DNA of 63,539 bases from assembly GCA_033442325.1 (NCBI GenBank), contig JAWQFM010000011.1, positions 1,711,578 through 1,775,116 of the forward strand. The letters run 5' to 3'. This DNA is from Salpingoeca rosetta (lineage: Eukaryota > Protista > Choanoflagellata). Under the pieces are notes generated by a model. It saw only the letters and a program-made list of their open reading frames with translations. It was not told where the DNA came from and searched no databases. Position numbers and translations under genes: made by a program. How positions within the stretch are numbered: position 1 is the first letter of the stretch; each line of letters begins with the position of its first letter. Below, in pieces: positions 19,721-34,242 of this stretch.

Positions 19721-20904
19721 TGAAATTTGGCAATGGAGAGAATGCGTCAGAAAGGACAATTAGACAACGTGATGGAAGGCTGAGCGCGCGCGCGTTTGCA
19801 TGTGTGCGTTTGCGCGGCCTCAAAGTTTCGCTTTTCAAGATGTAGACATGACAACACGTGCGTGTTTCCAGTGCCTGTGGTGCACATGCGAGCTCACCTT
19901 CAAGTGAATTGAATACACGTGCAAGTTGCCCGCTGTATCGCCAACCTGCATGCAGTCAAACAGCAACCAGTAGCAAGCAAACAACACAAGAAGAGCACAC
20001 ACACACACACGCATCAACCAAACAGAAAGGGGTAAGCGAGACACGAGTGTTTGCGGCGGCATGACAACATGCACACGTCAACATCTCAAGCCGCACGTGT
20101 GCAGTGTGTGTATGTGTGCGTGTGTGTGCGTGTGTGTGTGTGTGTGTACGCACCACGAGGTATTCGCGCTGCGGGTTGAAGAGAACACAGGAGAGCTGTG
20201 CACCCTTGTGCGGCTGGCACGAGAAGACGGGGTCTTGCTCGAGATCCGCCAAGTTCCACAGGAACAGCTTGTCGTCACTGCGGTCGCATACAGTCACAGC
20301 GATGGTGGTCGTGAGCAAGGGTGAGCAAGGGTGAGCAAGGGTGAGCAAGGTTGAGCGAAGCGGAACGGGAGCAACACAAGCGGGAAAGCAGGGTTAAGGA
20401 ACCCGCTCGCAAGACATGAGAGACGCACAACACACAGCACACACCACATAGCACACGTCCGCACATCCACAACAGCGACACCCTTCCCCTGCCTGCCCTG
20501 GTTCGTGTTGCACGACCTGATGGATGCGAGGACATCACGACGGTGATGGGACCAGCACGCGTCACGAACAGCGCTGGTGGTGCACTGCAGCGTCTGCACG
20601 ACGTTGCCGGAGTCGCCGTCCCACAGCTTGAGCGACCAGTCCGCGGAGCAGCTGAGGAGGCGGGTGGTGTCGACGGGGCTGTACTGTAGACGGTACACGC
20701 TGGCGGTGTGGCCGAAGAAGCTCTCAAGATACGTGTCCGAGTACGACGTGGAGCACTTGTGGATGTTGCCGTCCTCCGTGCCAACCAGATACCTGAGAGT
20801 GTTGTGTGTGTGTGTGTGCATGGAGGTGTGTGCGGGTGTAAGAATGTGGAATCAGAGGGGACAACGGATGTTTTCTCTGGGCCACTGCTAGGAACGAAGC
20901 CGAA

Positions 20905-20944
<40 letters not shown>

Positions 20945-23900
20945 ACACACACACACACACACAATCAAACAGACAGCGACAGAGCATGCGACGTACAGGC
21001 TTGCATCTGTTGGGGAGAATGCCATGGACATAACGCCTGCCTGGCGCGCAATAAACGCTGTCTTGCTGTTGCCGTGGTGCGCTTTGCTGCACAGCGAACG
21101 CGGGATGGTGTTCGTAAGGGAGATTGTTAGGCGAATGTGATGGCCAAACTGTAAAGACAAAGAGAGCTTTGTACACTTGCACTCATGCAAGCGAATGAAA
21201 CGAAACGAACAAGCCTACAAACCGACAAGCCACACGAGCCAACACGAACGTTAATTCGCACCTCTGCGATGCGACACGCTTGACTTTGACGAGGGCAGAC
21301 GAGTCGAGGCCCTTGTGCAGGTGCCACTGCAGCACGAGCCCATCCGACGATCCAGACACGAGCATCTCCTCCCGGTCGTCGGCGCCCTGCTTGCCGACGA
21401 GCGACACAAACTGGATGTCCCACACGGCGTGCGTGTGCTTGCTTGCCGTGTCATTGGGCCTGTGAGTGGGTGAGTGGGTGGGTGGGTGAGTGAGCGAGTG
21501 AGTGAGTGAGTGAGTGAGTGAGTGAGTGAGTGAGTGCGTGTGTGTGTGTGTGTGAGTGTGTGTGCGTGTGCGTGCGTGCGTGCGTGCGTGTGCGTGTGCG
21601 TATGTGCGTGCGTGCGTGTGCCATGGTGAGCATGGGCGGTTCGACATCAGCACCACGCGAGACATACTGCAACCGTCGCCACCCACGTTGTGTCGAGGAG
21701 GGGCTCTGGCTGGTCCTTGTAGACGTCGTAGATGGCGATGGTGCCGGACGCCATACCGACCGCCAGCATCTGCGGGTGTTCGCGAGAGAAGTCGACAGCC
21801 ATGACGGTGGAGGGGGTGGTGTAGATGCGGTGGGGGTACTGCGGCTGCTTGATGCTCCAGCAGCACAGCATGCCGGGCTCGTCAGGGGACGGCAGCGCCG
21901 TTCTCCCATACCCGACGGCGACAATGTCCTGATGACGAGAGGAGTGGTGGTGATGAGTGGTGATGAGTGGTGATGTCAGACACAGACACAGACACAGACA
22001 CAGACAGACACACACACGCTGTACAAGTGAGCAAGTCAAGCAAGTCCAGCACCATGTACCACCACCTCCATCCCACTTCCCCTTACCGGGTTGGCCTTGT
22101 TCCACGCGCAGCACGTGACGACCATGTTCTTTGTTGTGTCACACGCATATGTCCATGCGTGGCGCAGCGGCGAGCGACTGGACGGATCGTCCGTGAGTCC
22201 AAAGACGTCGTCCTGCTTGATGAGCGCCTGCTGCGGTGCGAATGTGTCGTGCTCAATCAACCGCTCCAGCAGCTGCAGATGCCGCTTCACGCTCACACTC
22301 TCCTTCGCCCTGCGTGATTGGTGTGTGTTGTGTGCGTCGTGCGTGCGTGCGTATGCGGATGCGTTGTGGTGTGTGGACGTGTCGGGGAGAGGTTGTGTGT
22401 TGATGTGGTGGTGGGTGGGGTGTCAGTGCTGTGCAAGTGTTCCCATCATCTCGTGTTCATTGTGTGCGCGTATGTGTCTGTGGTGTGCAGGAGTGCCAAT
22501 GTGTCCACACGCATTGAAGAAATGCGTGCAAGCGCGGCACTTACTTTTCCCACTGTTCCTCTGGCGCCGCTACCGTCTCCTCTTCCTCCTCAACAACTTC
22601 CGACACGCCAAAGCCCTGCAGTCGAGAATCATGGCGTGGTGGGGGGGGGGATGAGGGGACGGTCAGAGCGTTAAGGGTGATGGTGAACGGGAGAGCGGTG
22701 CAATGATGCAGAAGCTTAGAGGCAGAGGCAAGGTATGCACAACCAGAGCACAAGCAAACGCGGTGACCACATCTCCACGGAGTCATGCAGCGACACAAAC
22801 AAGCAAGCAGCTAAAGGAGCAACGCACAAACGAACGAATAGAAAGACAGACAGACAGACAGACACAGACACACACACACAGACACAGACACACATACAGC
22901 ATCCCCTGCCATAAATCAACGGTCAAGCAACCAAACAACAGAAACAACAACACGAGCCAGCAGACAGGAGGAAGACAACTCACGAGCGGGATGTGGTGCT
23001 GCTTGAGAAGGGTGCGTGGATCCTGCAATGCAATCACGGGGCCTTTCTCCCGCGCAATCACCTTCGATGCCATGTTCGCAAACGAGTTCTTGCCTCGCAC
23101 CTGTTGGGCGCAGACGTGTGCGCGCGAGTGTGTGTGTTTCGTGTTAGCGTGCTTCATGTGAGTGCGTGCTTCATGTGTGTGCGTGCTTCATGCTACATCA
23201 TGCGCCTTGTCCACTCACGCCTCCGCACCCACGCGAGCACCGCAACCCCGCCCCCCCCACACACACACGTCGCAACACCTTTGAGCGGAGTTTCGTGAGG
23301 GCGTCGAAGCAGTCGTGGATGTCGGCAATGGAGACCTGGCAGTCTGCACTCGCAACCGACCGTGGCGCTGTTTGCATGGCCTGGGTTTGAAGCCGCCGTG
23401 GTAGTGGTTGTGGTGGTGGTGGTGATAACAACGTGAGCGCGACGACAAGGATGACATATGTGTGTTGCCAGCGCATGAGGGCGTGTGGGTGGGTGGGTGC
23501 ACGTGTGTGTGTATGAGTACGTTCATGCGCAAGAGTGTGCATGCGTGTGCACATGTGTGGCACCTGCTCCTTCTGCAGGAAGACGGTGGTCTGTGTAAAG
23601 CGGTCGGTGAAGTCGTCGGGGATGGTCTGCTTCTTCTCAAGCAGCGCCTGACCAGCGCAGACAATCGCGATTGGGGTGTTGGGGGAGGGGGGGGGAAGGT
23701 GGGTTGAGGGAGGCTGAGGATTGGAAAGCAATGATCACAATCGACACAGGCACAGACACAGGTATACACACACAGATATATGTGTATACACACACCCACA
23801 CAGATATACACGCACACACGCACACACGCACACACAGCAGCGGCACCGACCTCATATGCGTCGTTTTCCTTCTTGATCTCCTCGTGCACGGCCTCATCGT

Positions 23901-24015
23901 CATCGGGGATCCACGTCGGCGGCACGTCCAGCAGCGATATCGTGTCTGTCTCCTCCAATTTGATGTACACCTGATACCACCACACGTGCCGCGCACGTCA
24001 GCGCACGCGCGGGGT

Positions 24016-24104
<89 letters not shown>

Positions 24105-25437
24105 ATTGTGTACATGCAGGCATTTCGAAACGTGTCGGGCAAAGGGTCAACCACTGGGCATCGTAACATGACCACTGCTGATCTCCGCCCTCTGTTCTGC
24201 TCCTCCACTGTGCTCCCTCAAGCGAACATCCACCTCCACACCTTCCACACACAACCCCACCACCACTATCACCACCACCACACGCCTCCGCATCGCACAT
24301 ACCATCTTGTTAAGGTCGGCATCGGTGAGCTCCTCCTCCTCCTCCTTGGGCATGGCCACGTCTGCTGGCTGGATGATTGTGTCGTCAATCTCGTCAACGT
24401 CAAAGGCGCTCTCCCGCCGCTGGCTTGAGTCTGACGTCGTTGAGCGCGTGCTCGCGCCCATGTACGAGAAGTGCGGCAGGCTCATGGCCATCGAGCCCTC
24501 CGCACTGCTCATCATGCGCGACCCCCTTTGGGTGGTGGCGTGTTGGCGGCGTGTTGGTGTCATGATGACGCAGGGGTGAGGAACGAAAAGATAAGAGGTA
24601 CAAAGAACGGGAGGTGGCGGAACTGGCACAACACACGGAACAGGATGCACACAGTGACAAACGTCCACTTGCATACACACACACAAAGCATGTACAGACA
24701 CACACACACACATGTACAGACACACAAGCATGTACAGACACAGACACATACACACACACATGCACAGACGCACACACACACATACACAAGCATGTACAGA
24801 CGCACGTACCAAGACATCTCCTTTGGCATGGCCATGGTGTCCATGAAGTTTGTGCGTTCGACCCTCACATCCTCGATGGTTTTGCGGCGATGCGGCTCAA
24901 GCAAGCTGCGCGGCGTGACATCGTGACCACTCTCGTCCAAGTACTGCAGAGCGTGCTTGTCCTTGCGTGTGTTGTTTGAGCTCGTGCCACGCGAATATCC
25001 TCTGCTTCCCTTGCGACCAAACGCACTGCAAGCAACAAGGTGTTTGCAAACACCGCACATCAGCAAGAGTATGGGTGACGATTGAAGAGGAAGGAAGAAA
25101 CAAGAAGAAGGGAAGCCGAAGAGGAAGGAGGGAGGGAGGGGGAAATAGAGACGAAGATCGAAGCAGTGGCACGAAGGGCAGACACAGCGACTCACGAAGT
25201 GTTGCGACTGGATGCAGACGATCCATTGGAGCTGGCACCAAGACAAGACCAAACAGCAAGCAACAACAATGAGAAACAACGCTGTTGATGCAGTGCAGCC
25301 AAAGACACACGCACACACACACACTTTCACTCACTCACACGCTCACACACACACGCTCACACACACTCACACTTTCACTCACTCACACACACACTCACTC
25401 ACTCTCACACACACATATCACACCTGTGTGGATGCAT
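19318..25437 (-). CDS. DNAI4: Axonemal dynein intermediate chain WDR78/DNAI4 (IC138-like), WD40 repeats, multi-exon
   Basis: Spliced peptides YLDESGHDVTPRSLL, VYIKLEETDTISLLDVP, VTCCAWNKANP|DIVAVGYG, MLCCWSIKQPQYP, VDFSREHPQMLAVG, YLVGTEDGNIHKCSTSY, LLSCSADWSLKLW. Confidence 0.8.
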
Positions 25438-26258
25438 CGTGAGTCGTTGCGGCTGCTGTTCACCGTTCACTCTCTACTGTGTGTGTTCTTTCGCCTGTGT
25501 CTCTTGGCAACCAGTGAGTGCAAAAACCAGAGATCATCAGTTCAAATCCCTTCATTGCCAATCACGATACTGTAACCTTTTTTTAGCGGGCCAAATTTTC
25601 AGCCCCACACCACAAGCCAAACAACGCCAAACAACGCCCCTCCCACCCACCACGCTCTCCACACAACACAACACACAACCCTGCACAACCCAGCACCAAC
25701 GAGCCAAGCATCCGCCAACAAACGTCGGGTTGGTGTATGCAACTGGCACGTCCTACATTTCAACGTAGGCGCACCAAGTCAGGGAGAGGGGTTGATCACG
25801 CTCGCCAAAGTGAAGCAAACGAAAAGAGAAGAGGAAAGGCGGAGTAGAAGAGCGAGTGCGGCGAACGTGTTGACAGCAAGTGGCGAAGAACACAGGACCT
25901 TGGCATTGGCAGCGCCATCTGCGCCCGTCCTATTTGAGAACCTGTCCATTCCGTCGAGAGTCGTGCTGCTCGTTCCCAACACGCACACAACCAGCCATGG
26001 GACAGGGGCACAGCTCTCCTCACCAAAGGAGGTGTGTGTGTGTGTGTGCACTCGGGTGTCTTTCGTCTCCTAATGTGATCACCTCTGGAAGTGCGCTTGT
26101 TTGTCTGTCCACACGTTCACTCTCACACGTGCACCCCCACACACCCTCACGCGCCAAATGCACATGACTACCAATGCCACCGCCACCACCACCAATGCCA
26201 CCGTTTGTGATCACTTCAACTACTGAGCAGGAAAGGGAAGGCTGATCTGTCCACGGCC

Positions 26259-26677
26259 ATGATGGACATTGGGGCCGTCACGGACGAGTCTGTTCCAGTC
26301 GACGACTATGTTGACGAGCAAGTGAGTGGGCTGTTGCACCCGCTTGTGTGTGTGTGTGTGTGTGTCGTGCAGTCTTGCGTGCTCCTGCATGGTTTGCACG
26401 TGTGCTCTTGCATTCGTGTTGTTGTGGTTTGTGTGTCCTGCTTCTTGTGGATGGTGTAGTTGACTGCCAACTCACCCCACCCCACATTGTGTGCGTGCGC
26501 TGTACTTGTCAGTTTGCGGATGAGATTCGCAAGCAGCGCAAGGAGGCGCTCGATCAAGGCAATGTGACACTGCGCGGTGGACTGCCACTCGGCTTTGAGA
26601 CCGACAGGGTAAGCGTGCCCCAAACCATAGAGGGTGCAACCCACCTGTGCATGATGCACCACGCGTGATGCAAAGCC

Positions 26678-26748
<71 letters not shown>

Positions 26749-29001
26749 ATACACACGTACACACATGCATACACACATGCACACCTGAGTAAACAGAGCT
26801 TGCTCCTTTTCCATCAACGGCTTCACTCACCCTTCACACATCCACTCATCTCCTCCATCCTCTTTATCCGCCCGCTGGTGTTCGCAGCCGCAGAGCCTGC
26901 ACGAGGAAGCGGGGGATCTGGAGAGTTATGTGGCGCAGCTGGAGGCATCTGGCGACAGCAACCGCCACTCCTCCATCAGTCGCTTCGACGCGTCTCGTCT
27001 CGGCTTCCAGAGCATGCCCTCCGTTCCAGAGAACAGCGAATTCGACTTTGATGGTGCGTATGCGAGTGTATGCGAGTGTATGTGATGGCTTCTGTGATAG
27101 TGTGTGTGTGTGTGTGACAGAGGGTGTGTGTGTAATAGTGATAGTGTGTGTGATAGAGGGTGTGTGTGTGTGATAGAGGGTGTGTGTGTGTGTGAATAAG
27201 TGTGTGTGTGTGAATAAGTGTGTGTGTGTGTAATAGTCATCGTGTGTGTGTGTGTAATAGTCATCGTGTGTGTGTGTGATAGTGGACAATGTGCGAGGAT
27301 TTTGTTCGGTCGCCTTCTTGTTCATCGCTCTCATTCGGTGCTGTTTTACACCCCCTCCTACACCCCCTTCGCCGCAGAGACACGCAAGTTCCACTACGAC
27401 GTGAACGAGCGATTGTGGTTCGCTGTTGAGCACCTCGCCAGCTTCTCCGTCCCTTCAAAGTCGCAGCCGCCAACCGCACACCACGGGCTCGACCGTGTCA
27501 AGGTTGGTTGATGCTCGTGTCGGGATTGTGAGGGACAGGGGGTGGGGGTGGGGAAGGGAGTGAGTTGGTGTTGCAACGCTGCAGCGCTGCTCACAGGCAT
27601 GCGCGCGAGATTCAACACGCATGTGCACACACTCATCCAAATTAATACAATTGCAACAAAGCTCCAAACACACTACACACAACGCGCGCACACACACACT
27701 ACACACAACACACACATATATACACACACAACACACACACATACACGCACACACACACACACACACCAACTCAACTATGCTCCAATTTTCGTTGTTGTCT
27801 TTCTCCTTCAAGGAAAAAGGCAACTTCTGGACAAAAGCGGAGGAGCTGCGTGTGACGTCAACACACGTGGAGGTCCGTGATGGTATGGGCGGACACGAGA
27901 GCAAGTCGTTTCGCCTGGAGGACATTCTCAGCGTCAAGGCGTTTTACGGCGACGACGACTTTGGCGATTGCATCGTGTTTGTGACGCGCCATGACAAGGT
28001 GTACGCCGTGCACGTGTACCAGTGCAACGAGACGCACATGAAGCAGGAGGACAGCAACGGGCGGCTAGCCACCAAGACGGCAGCCACAGACCTGCAGGCA
28101 CGCGCGCTCTCACGTGCACTGGAGGAGAAAATTGCACCCCTGCGTGGTGCGGGGGCAGCCAGCATGCAGCGGCGCGGCGACAAGGCCGACAAGCGCTTCT
28201 TCAGCTCGCACAACGCGCAGGCTGTTGCACTTGAGGGCAGCGTCTCGCCCGAGGACCTCACACACACGCAGCGGCTGCTTGGCATTACAGAGACGGTGCT
28301 GTCACTCGTGCGCGGGCTGTTGCGCGACATTGAGGCGTTTGCCGCGCAGTGCACGCAGCAGGACGACAAGCCCGGGCACGATGACTACTGCGATGTGTAC
28401 TACCAGGTGCGGGCCGTCGTGTCGCTGATTGCCATGCCAGACTACACGGCGGAGGAGGCCGAGGAGCAGGCGGAGGACATCATGCACCGGCTCTGCGCGC
28501 TGCTCAAGAAGATTGTGCGCTCGCAGAAATCGTTTGATCTTGTGCGCACCATTCGCATGCCCGGACTCACGGAGGCAGGCCTCTCGGTACGCTCCCAGCT
28601 GCACGAGCGAATGAACGAGCGAATGAACGAACCAACGAACGAACGAATGAATGCATGAATGAATGAATGCGTGATTGCCGCCTGCTGTTGTCATGGGTGT
28701 CTGCTGCGTTGTTGATGTCACTGCACCGTGTTCTCGCTCTTCACGCACTCTTACATGGCTGCTGTTGATGTTGTCGTGGTTTGCGCTTGATAGTTGGTGC
28801 AGAACACGCTGAATGACAAGGACCTCCAGTTCTGGCGAACGCTGCAGACGCACTGGAATGTCAGCGTTGATGAGCAGGACGCCTTCAAACGATACACACC
28901 CACGTACAAGACAAAGTAAGTCGTGGGCTCGTTGGCGTGTATGGCTGAGGAGGGTTTCATCTCAACATCACGCACGCATGTGTCCACGAAGATACTCTCA
29001 T

Positions 29002-29061
<60 letters not shown>

Positions 29062-32000
29062 GCTCTCTCTCTCTTATTCACACACAAACACACACACACA
29101 CAAACACACACACACTTATACACACACACGCGACACACTCCCGAACACACACACGAACACACGCACGCACATAAAACACCGCCTTCCTCACCGCCTTCCC
29201 CATCACCACGCATCGTCAGGGACCCGAATGCGGCTGCATCGGAGGAGGGCGCCAGCAACTTTGGCTTTGATGACGACGTGCACGAGAGCGTGAGTGTTGC
29301 CGGGGCAGCGCGCCCTCGGCTGAGCACAGCGAGCACCGCCATCATGGTCGACAACGACGATGGCGACGATGACGACGCCGCCGTGGAAGCGGAGGAGGCG
29401 AGGGACGTGCTTGGACTGCCACCACCGATTCCAGATCGCCCGTCGTCAACAGAACTTGGCCTGCCACCGGCACCGCCACCGCCACCTCCATCGCTCACGC
29501 CGGAGGCACAGGCAGGGCTTCCACCCGCACCACCGCCGCCACAGCTCGCGCTAGGACCAGCACCGCCGCCGCCGCCACCAGCAGCGAGTGTACTGAAGAG
29601 GCCGTCACTGGCGCAGCTTCCCTCTGTTGCCGAGCGCTCGCGGCGGTTTGACCAGTCTGCAGCGCAGCCCGCACAGTTCAACGGTACGCAAAGGAGGAGG
29701 AAGTAGGCGGGGGGGGGACTTTGTGTGTTGATGTGAACGAATGTGGGTGGGTGTATATCCTCTGCGTGTGCATGTGTGTGTGCGTGTGTACGATATTGTC
29801 TCAACGCTTGCCATTCTGCATGCAGCTCTCCCCAGTTTCACACCACACTACTACTACCACCACCACCACCACCCCCATGTGGCAGGCATCCCACCGCCCC
29901 CGAGCGCCCCGGCACCTACGCGGCTGCAGGCGGCACGGGCGAGCCTGACGGGCACACAGGACATGCCGCCACGACCACAGGGGCCGGCACCACGCCCGCC
30001 ACCACCGGCTGCAAGCGACTTCTACGTGCACTCGCTGTACCGCTTTGACGCGCGAAACCCGAAAGAGCTGTCGATGTTCGCTGGGGAGGAGCTGCTGGTG
30101 CTCGACAACACGCGCAAGTGGTGGCAGGTCCGCAACTCGTACGGCGACGAAGGGTTTGTGCCGAGCACGTGTCTCATTGATGACCGCGGGCTGGTCGTGG
30201 ACTGCGCGGTCGACCTCCCCGTCATCAAGAACGGGCGCATTGAGTCGCACGGGTACAAGTACACCCGGCGCGGCGAGGCAGAACTCTCCCGCCTCAGCTC
30301 ATCAGCAGCCCTCGTCCCCCAGGGGCAGCTGCCGTCGCCAGGGGCACCGCCACCACCCAATATGCCGGCGCCGAGTGCACCACCACCACAAGCAGCGCCG
30401 GGCATGGCTGCAGCTAACGGCGCGCCACCGCCGCCGCCGCTGCCGCCACCAGGGGCACTCGACCTCATGCCGCCGCCCAAGCCAGCGGTGCCCAAGGCCA
30501 GCGATGACGACGACGATGGTGACGACGCTGCCAAGAAGCTTGGCGGTGCTGGTGGCCTTGCAGCTGCGCTGATGGCGGGGAAGAACAAGCTCAAGGCGAC
30601 AACGGGGGATTTGCAGAAGAAGAAATCACTCGCAGCCATTGTTGGGCGGGAAGACGAAGGCGTACGTTTTGTTTTGACTTCGCGGTTGTGGTTGTGGTTG
30701 TGCGTGTGTGTTGTGCATGTGTGTTGTGCATGTGTGTTGCGCATGTGCTGTTGCCCTACGTCTTGTGCCCCGCTTGCTTGCTCTTTTCGATGACGTTCGC
30801 TTCGCTGGCAAGCTTATGTCGCCCCTTCTTACCCCTCCCCCCTCTTTTTTTTATTTTTTTTTTTCACCGCCGCTTCATCTGTCCACAGGTGAACGAGCTG
30901 AATGCGGAGTTGAAGAAGAAGCTCAAGGGCCGCTCGTCGCACATTGACGTTGACGCGCAGCTCAAAGACCAGAACAGCGCCACCATCACCATGGCGTCAA
31001 CAGCGGAGGAGGTCACGGCCTGGCTCAACAGGAACGGGTTTGAGAAGGCGGCAGAGAAGCTTGGCCCGCTCGCCGGCGCACAGCTGCTGGGCATGACGAA
31101 GGCCGAGTTGAAGGCAAAGACGGATTTCCCAACAGCGACGAAGCTGCACTCGCGGCTGAGCGAATTCCGGGAGGCGAGCGAGCCCGTGCGGCGGTGGAGT
31201 CAGGAGCCGGTCAGGGCCGTGCAGCAGCTGGAGTCGCAACAGAAGAAGACGGACATGATGGAGAAGCTTGGCGATGCGCTGAGCGCACTGCGGCACGACG
31301 TGCAGCCGGCAAAGAAGAAGTGGACGGAGGCAACGCACAAGCTCACACAACCACAACCACAACAACAACAACAACAACAGCAGCAGCAGTACCAGCCTCC
31401 GCCACCACCACCACCAGCAACCACCCAGCCACAGCCTCCACCACCACCACCACCGCCCACAACCACAGCCCCGACGACTGTACCTGCTGTGCCGCCGCCA
31501 CCGCCGCCAGGACCAGCAGTACCACCACCTCCGCCGCCCCCAGCAGCAGCCGCGAATACAAACGCACCACCCCCACCACCACCACCTTCTGGACCCATCG
31601 CACCGCCACCACCACCACCACCAGCAGGCCCCCTCGGCAGCAGCACAGATGACAGCAACAGCAACAACGGAGGAGGAGGAGGGAACGGTGCACTGCTGGC
31701 GGCGCTCAAGGGCGCGAAGCTGAAGAAGGCGTCGACGAGTTCGCTGGGCAGCAGCGGAGACAGCGATGGACCCATGGGTGGACTGCTGGCAGAGATCCGG
31801 GCGAAGAAACAGCTGCGGAAGACAGACAACAGCGGCATCTTGACGAGCAGCACGCGCCCGCGCACCAGCACCAGCAGCGAGGGCGTTATGCCGGCGCTTG
31901 CGCAGGAAATCAAGAACAAGAAACTCCGCGAAACAGACTCGTACTACAAGAACACACAGCCACCGCCACCGCCACCGCCAGCCACGACGACAACGCCACA

Positions 32001-32640
32001 GCCACCACCACCGCAGCCAATGCAGCCGGCCAAACCGCCGACCACATCAGCCGCAACAGCGACGGGCGGCACGTCGCTGGAGGCGTTTGTTGCACCGACG
32101 GATGGGCGGCCCGTGGCCCCGGCCGTGGACCACGAGGGGAAACCTCTTCCAAACTGGAAGCGAAACGTCTTGCAGCGGAAGCTTGACGCGGAATGGGTGC
32201 GCGCGTTGAGAGGGAGAAGGAAGAAGGAGGAAGGGGATATGTATTTGTGCTTGCTGTGGCTGCGTGCGTGTGCTTGCTGTGGCTGCGTGTGTGTGTGTGC
32301 TTGCTGTGGCTGTGGATGTCGTTGGTGTGGTTCCATGGCTGATTGATTCGTTCCTACATATTTGCATTCATGCATGTGCGGATGTGGCTGTGCCTGGGGC
32401 TGCTGTGACTGCAGAGCCGGCAGCAGGCCGAGCTGGCGAAACAGCGGGAGGCCGAGGCAAAGTGGGAGGGAATCCCCACGTGGAAACGCCGCGTCATCGA
32501 ACAGAAGCGCCAGAAAGGTTTGTACTCTGTCAAGAGCGGTGCGCGCGTTTGTGTGTTTATGTGCGTGTGTTTGTGTGCTTGTGTGTGTGTGTGTGCTTGT
32601 GCGCTTGTGTGCTTGTGTGCTTGTGTGTGTATGTGTGTGT

Positions 32641-32671
<31 letters not shown>

Positions 32672-33911
32672 CGGTTGTGGTGAAAAATGTGCCGTGTGTG
32701 CTTTTGGGTGCTTTTGCGTGCGCTCCAGGCACACAGACTGACTCGGTTCACTCACATGCCGCGCCGTCATCACCGTTCCCCCCGCCCCCACATCCTGTTC
32801 TCTATCTTACACCCTCAGCCACTGAAGGGGCGCCATCGCAGGTGACGCCAAAACCGCTGGCACAGGACCTGCACAAGCAGCAGCAGCAGCAGCACGGCAG
32901 TGCAAACACGTTTGGCGTGGTGCTGAAGAAGAAGCAACACACTAGCAGCAGCAGCAGCAGCACCAATGTGTTTGCGCCGCCACCACCAGTAGCGCAGCAA
33001 CAGCAGCAGCAGCAGCAATTCATGCCACCACCACCACAGCAGTCATCGTACATGAACACGGGAATGCCACCAAGTGCTGGCCCCATCGCACAGCAGCCGC
33101 AGCAGCCTGTGTCGTATCAGCAGCCCCCTGGCAACAGCATGAACAGCAGCAACGGCGTGTTTGTGCCGCCACCACCGGTGCTTCCGCCAGACTCTGCCTC
33201 CAAACTCGACCTCATCAACCAACGCCTGCAGATGAACAAGTGAGATGGCAGGGTGTGTGTGTGTGTGTTTCTGTGTTTCTGTGTTTCTGTGTTTCTGTGT
33301 TTCTGTGTTTGTCTCCTTCTCTCTCTCTGTCTTTCTCTTTCTCTCTGTCTCTGTCTCTGTCTCTGTCTCTGTCTGTCTCTGTCTTTGTCTCTGTCTTTCT
33401 GTCTCTGTCTTTCTGTCTCTGTCTCTGTCTTTCTGTCTCTGTCTCTGTCTCTGTCTTTCTGTCTCTGTCTCTGTCTCTGCGGTTGCTGTGTCGTTCTCTC
33501 ACATCACTACTCTGCTTGAACGTTTTTCAGGACTGGTGCATCGCAGTCGGCGCCACCGCCAGTTTCCACATTCGCACCACCACAGCAGCAGCAGCAGCAA
33601 CAGCCACAACAGGTGTGGCAGCCCGCACCCCAGCCCATGGCGCACGCCAACGTTGTCCCACCACCGCCAGCGTTTGCACAACTGCAAGCGCCACAAGCGA
33701 CCCAGCCACCCCAGTCACAGAGCGCGGTGTGTTTCAAAAGCGAATTCAAAACAGGAGTGTGTGTGTGTGTGCGCGCGCGCGTGTGTGTGTGTGTGTGTTT
33801 GCGGTCTTGCGTTGGTGTGAGCGCCTGTGCGCGTTGATATGTCCTTCATCTGCCTGTCTGCTTCATCACGCATGTACAGCAACACCATCTCACCCGGTTC
33901 ACCACCACCAC

Positions 33912-33942
<31 letters not shown>

Positions 33943-34118
33943 ATCACCAGCCGCTGGCGGAGTGGAAGGCGAAACTGCTTGAGAAGAAGGCAGCAAAGGC
34001 GCAGCAGGAGGCCGAGAAAGCTGCCATGGCGCTGGCGGCACAGGAGGCAAGATGGGAGGGCGTCCCCGCTTGGAAGCGCGCAATTATCGAAAAGAAAGAG
34101 AGGGCTCTCAACCAGTAG
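26259..34118 (+). CDS. EPS8: EPS8-family actin regulator (PTB, SH3, SAM-like) extended by Pro-rich segments, WH2-like motifs and two espin-like actin-bundling modules
   Basis: PTB: [10 protein letters not shown]...KGNFWTK...VHVYQCNE; SH3: [44 protein letters not shown]; SAM-like: [15 protein letters not shown]...[14 protein letters not shown]; WH2-like [13 protein letters not shown] and [14 protein letters not shown]; PxWKR repeats; stop at 34118. Confidence 0.85.
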
Positions 34119-34172
34119 CGTGTTCACGTGTGTGTTCACGTGTGTGTTTGTGTTTGTTTGTGTGTTTGTGTT

Positions 34173-34242
<70 letters not shown>

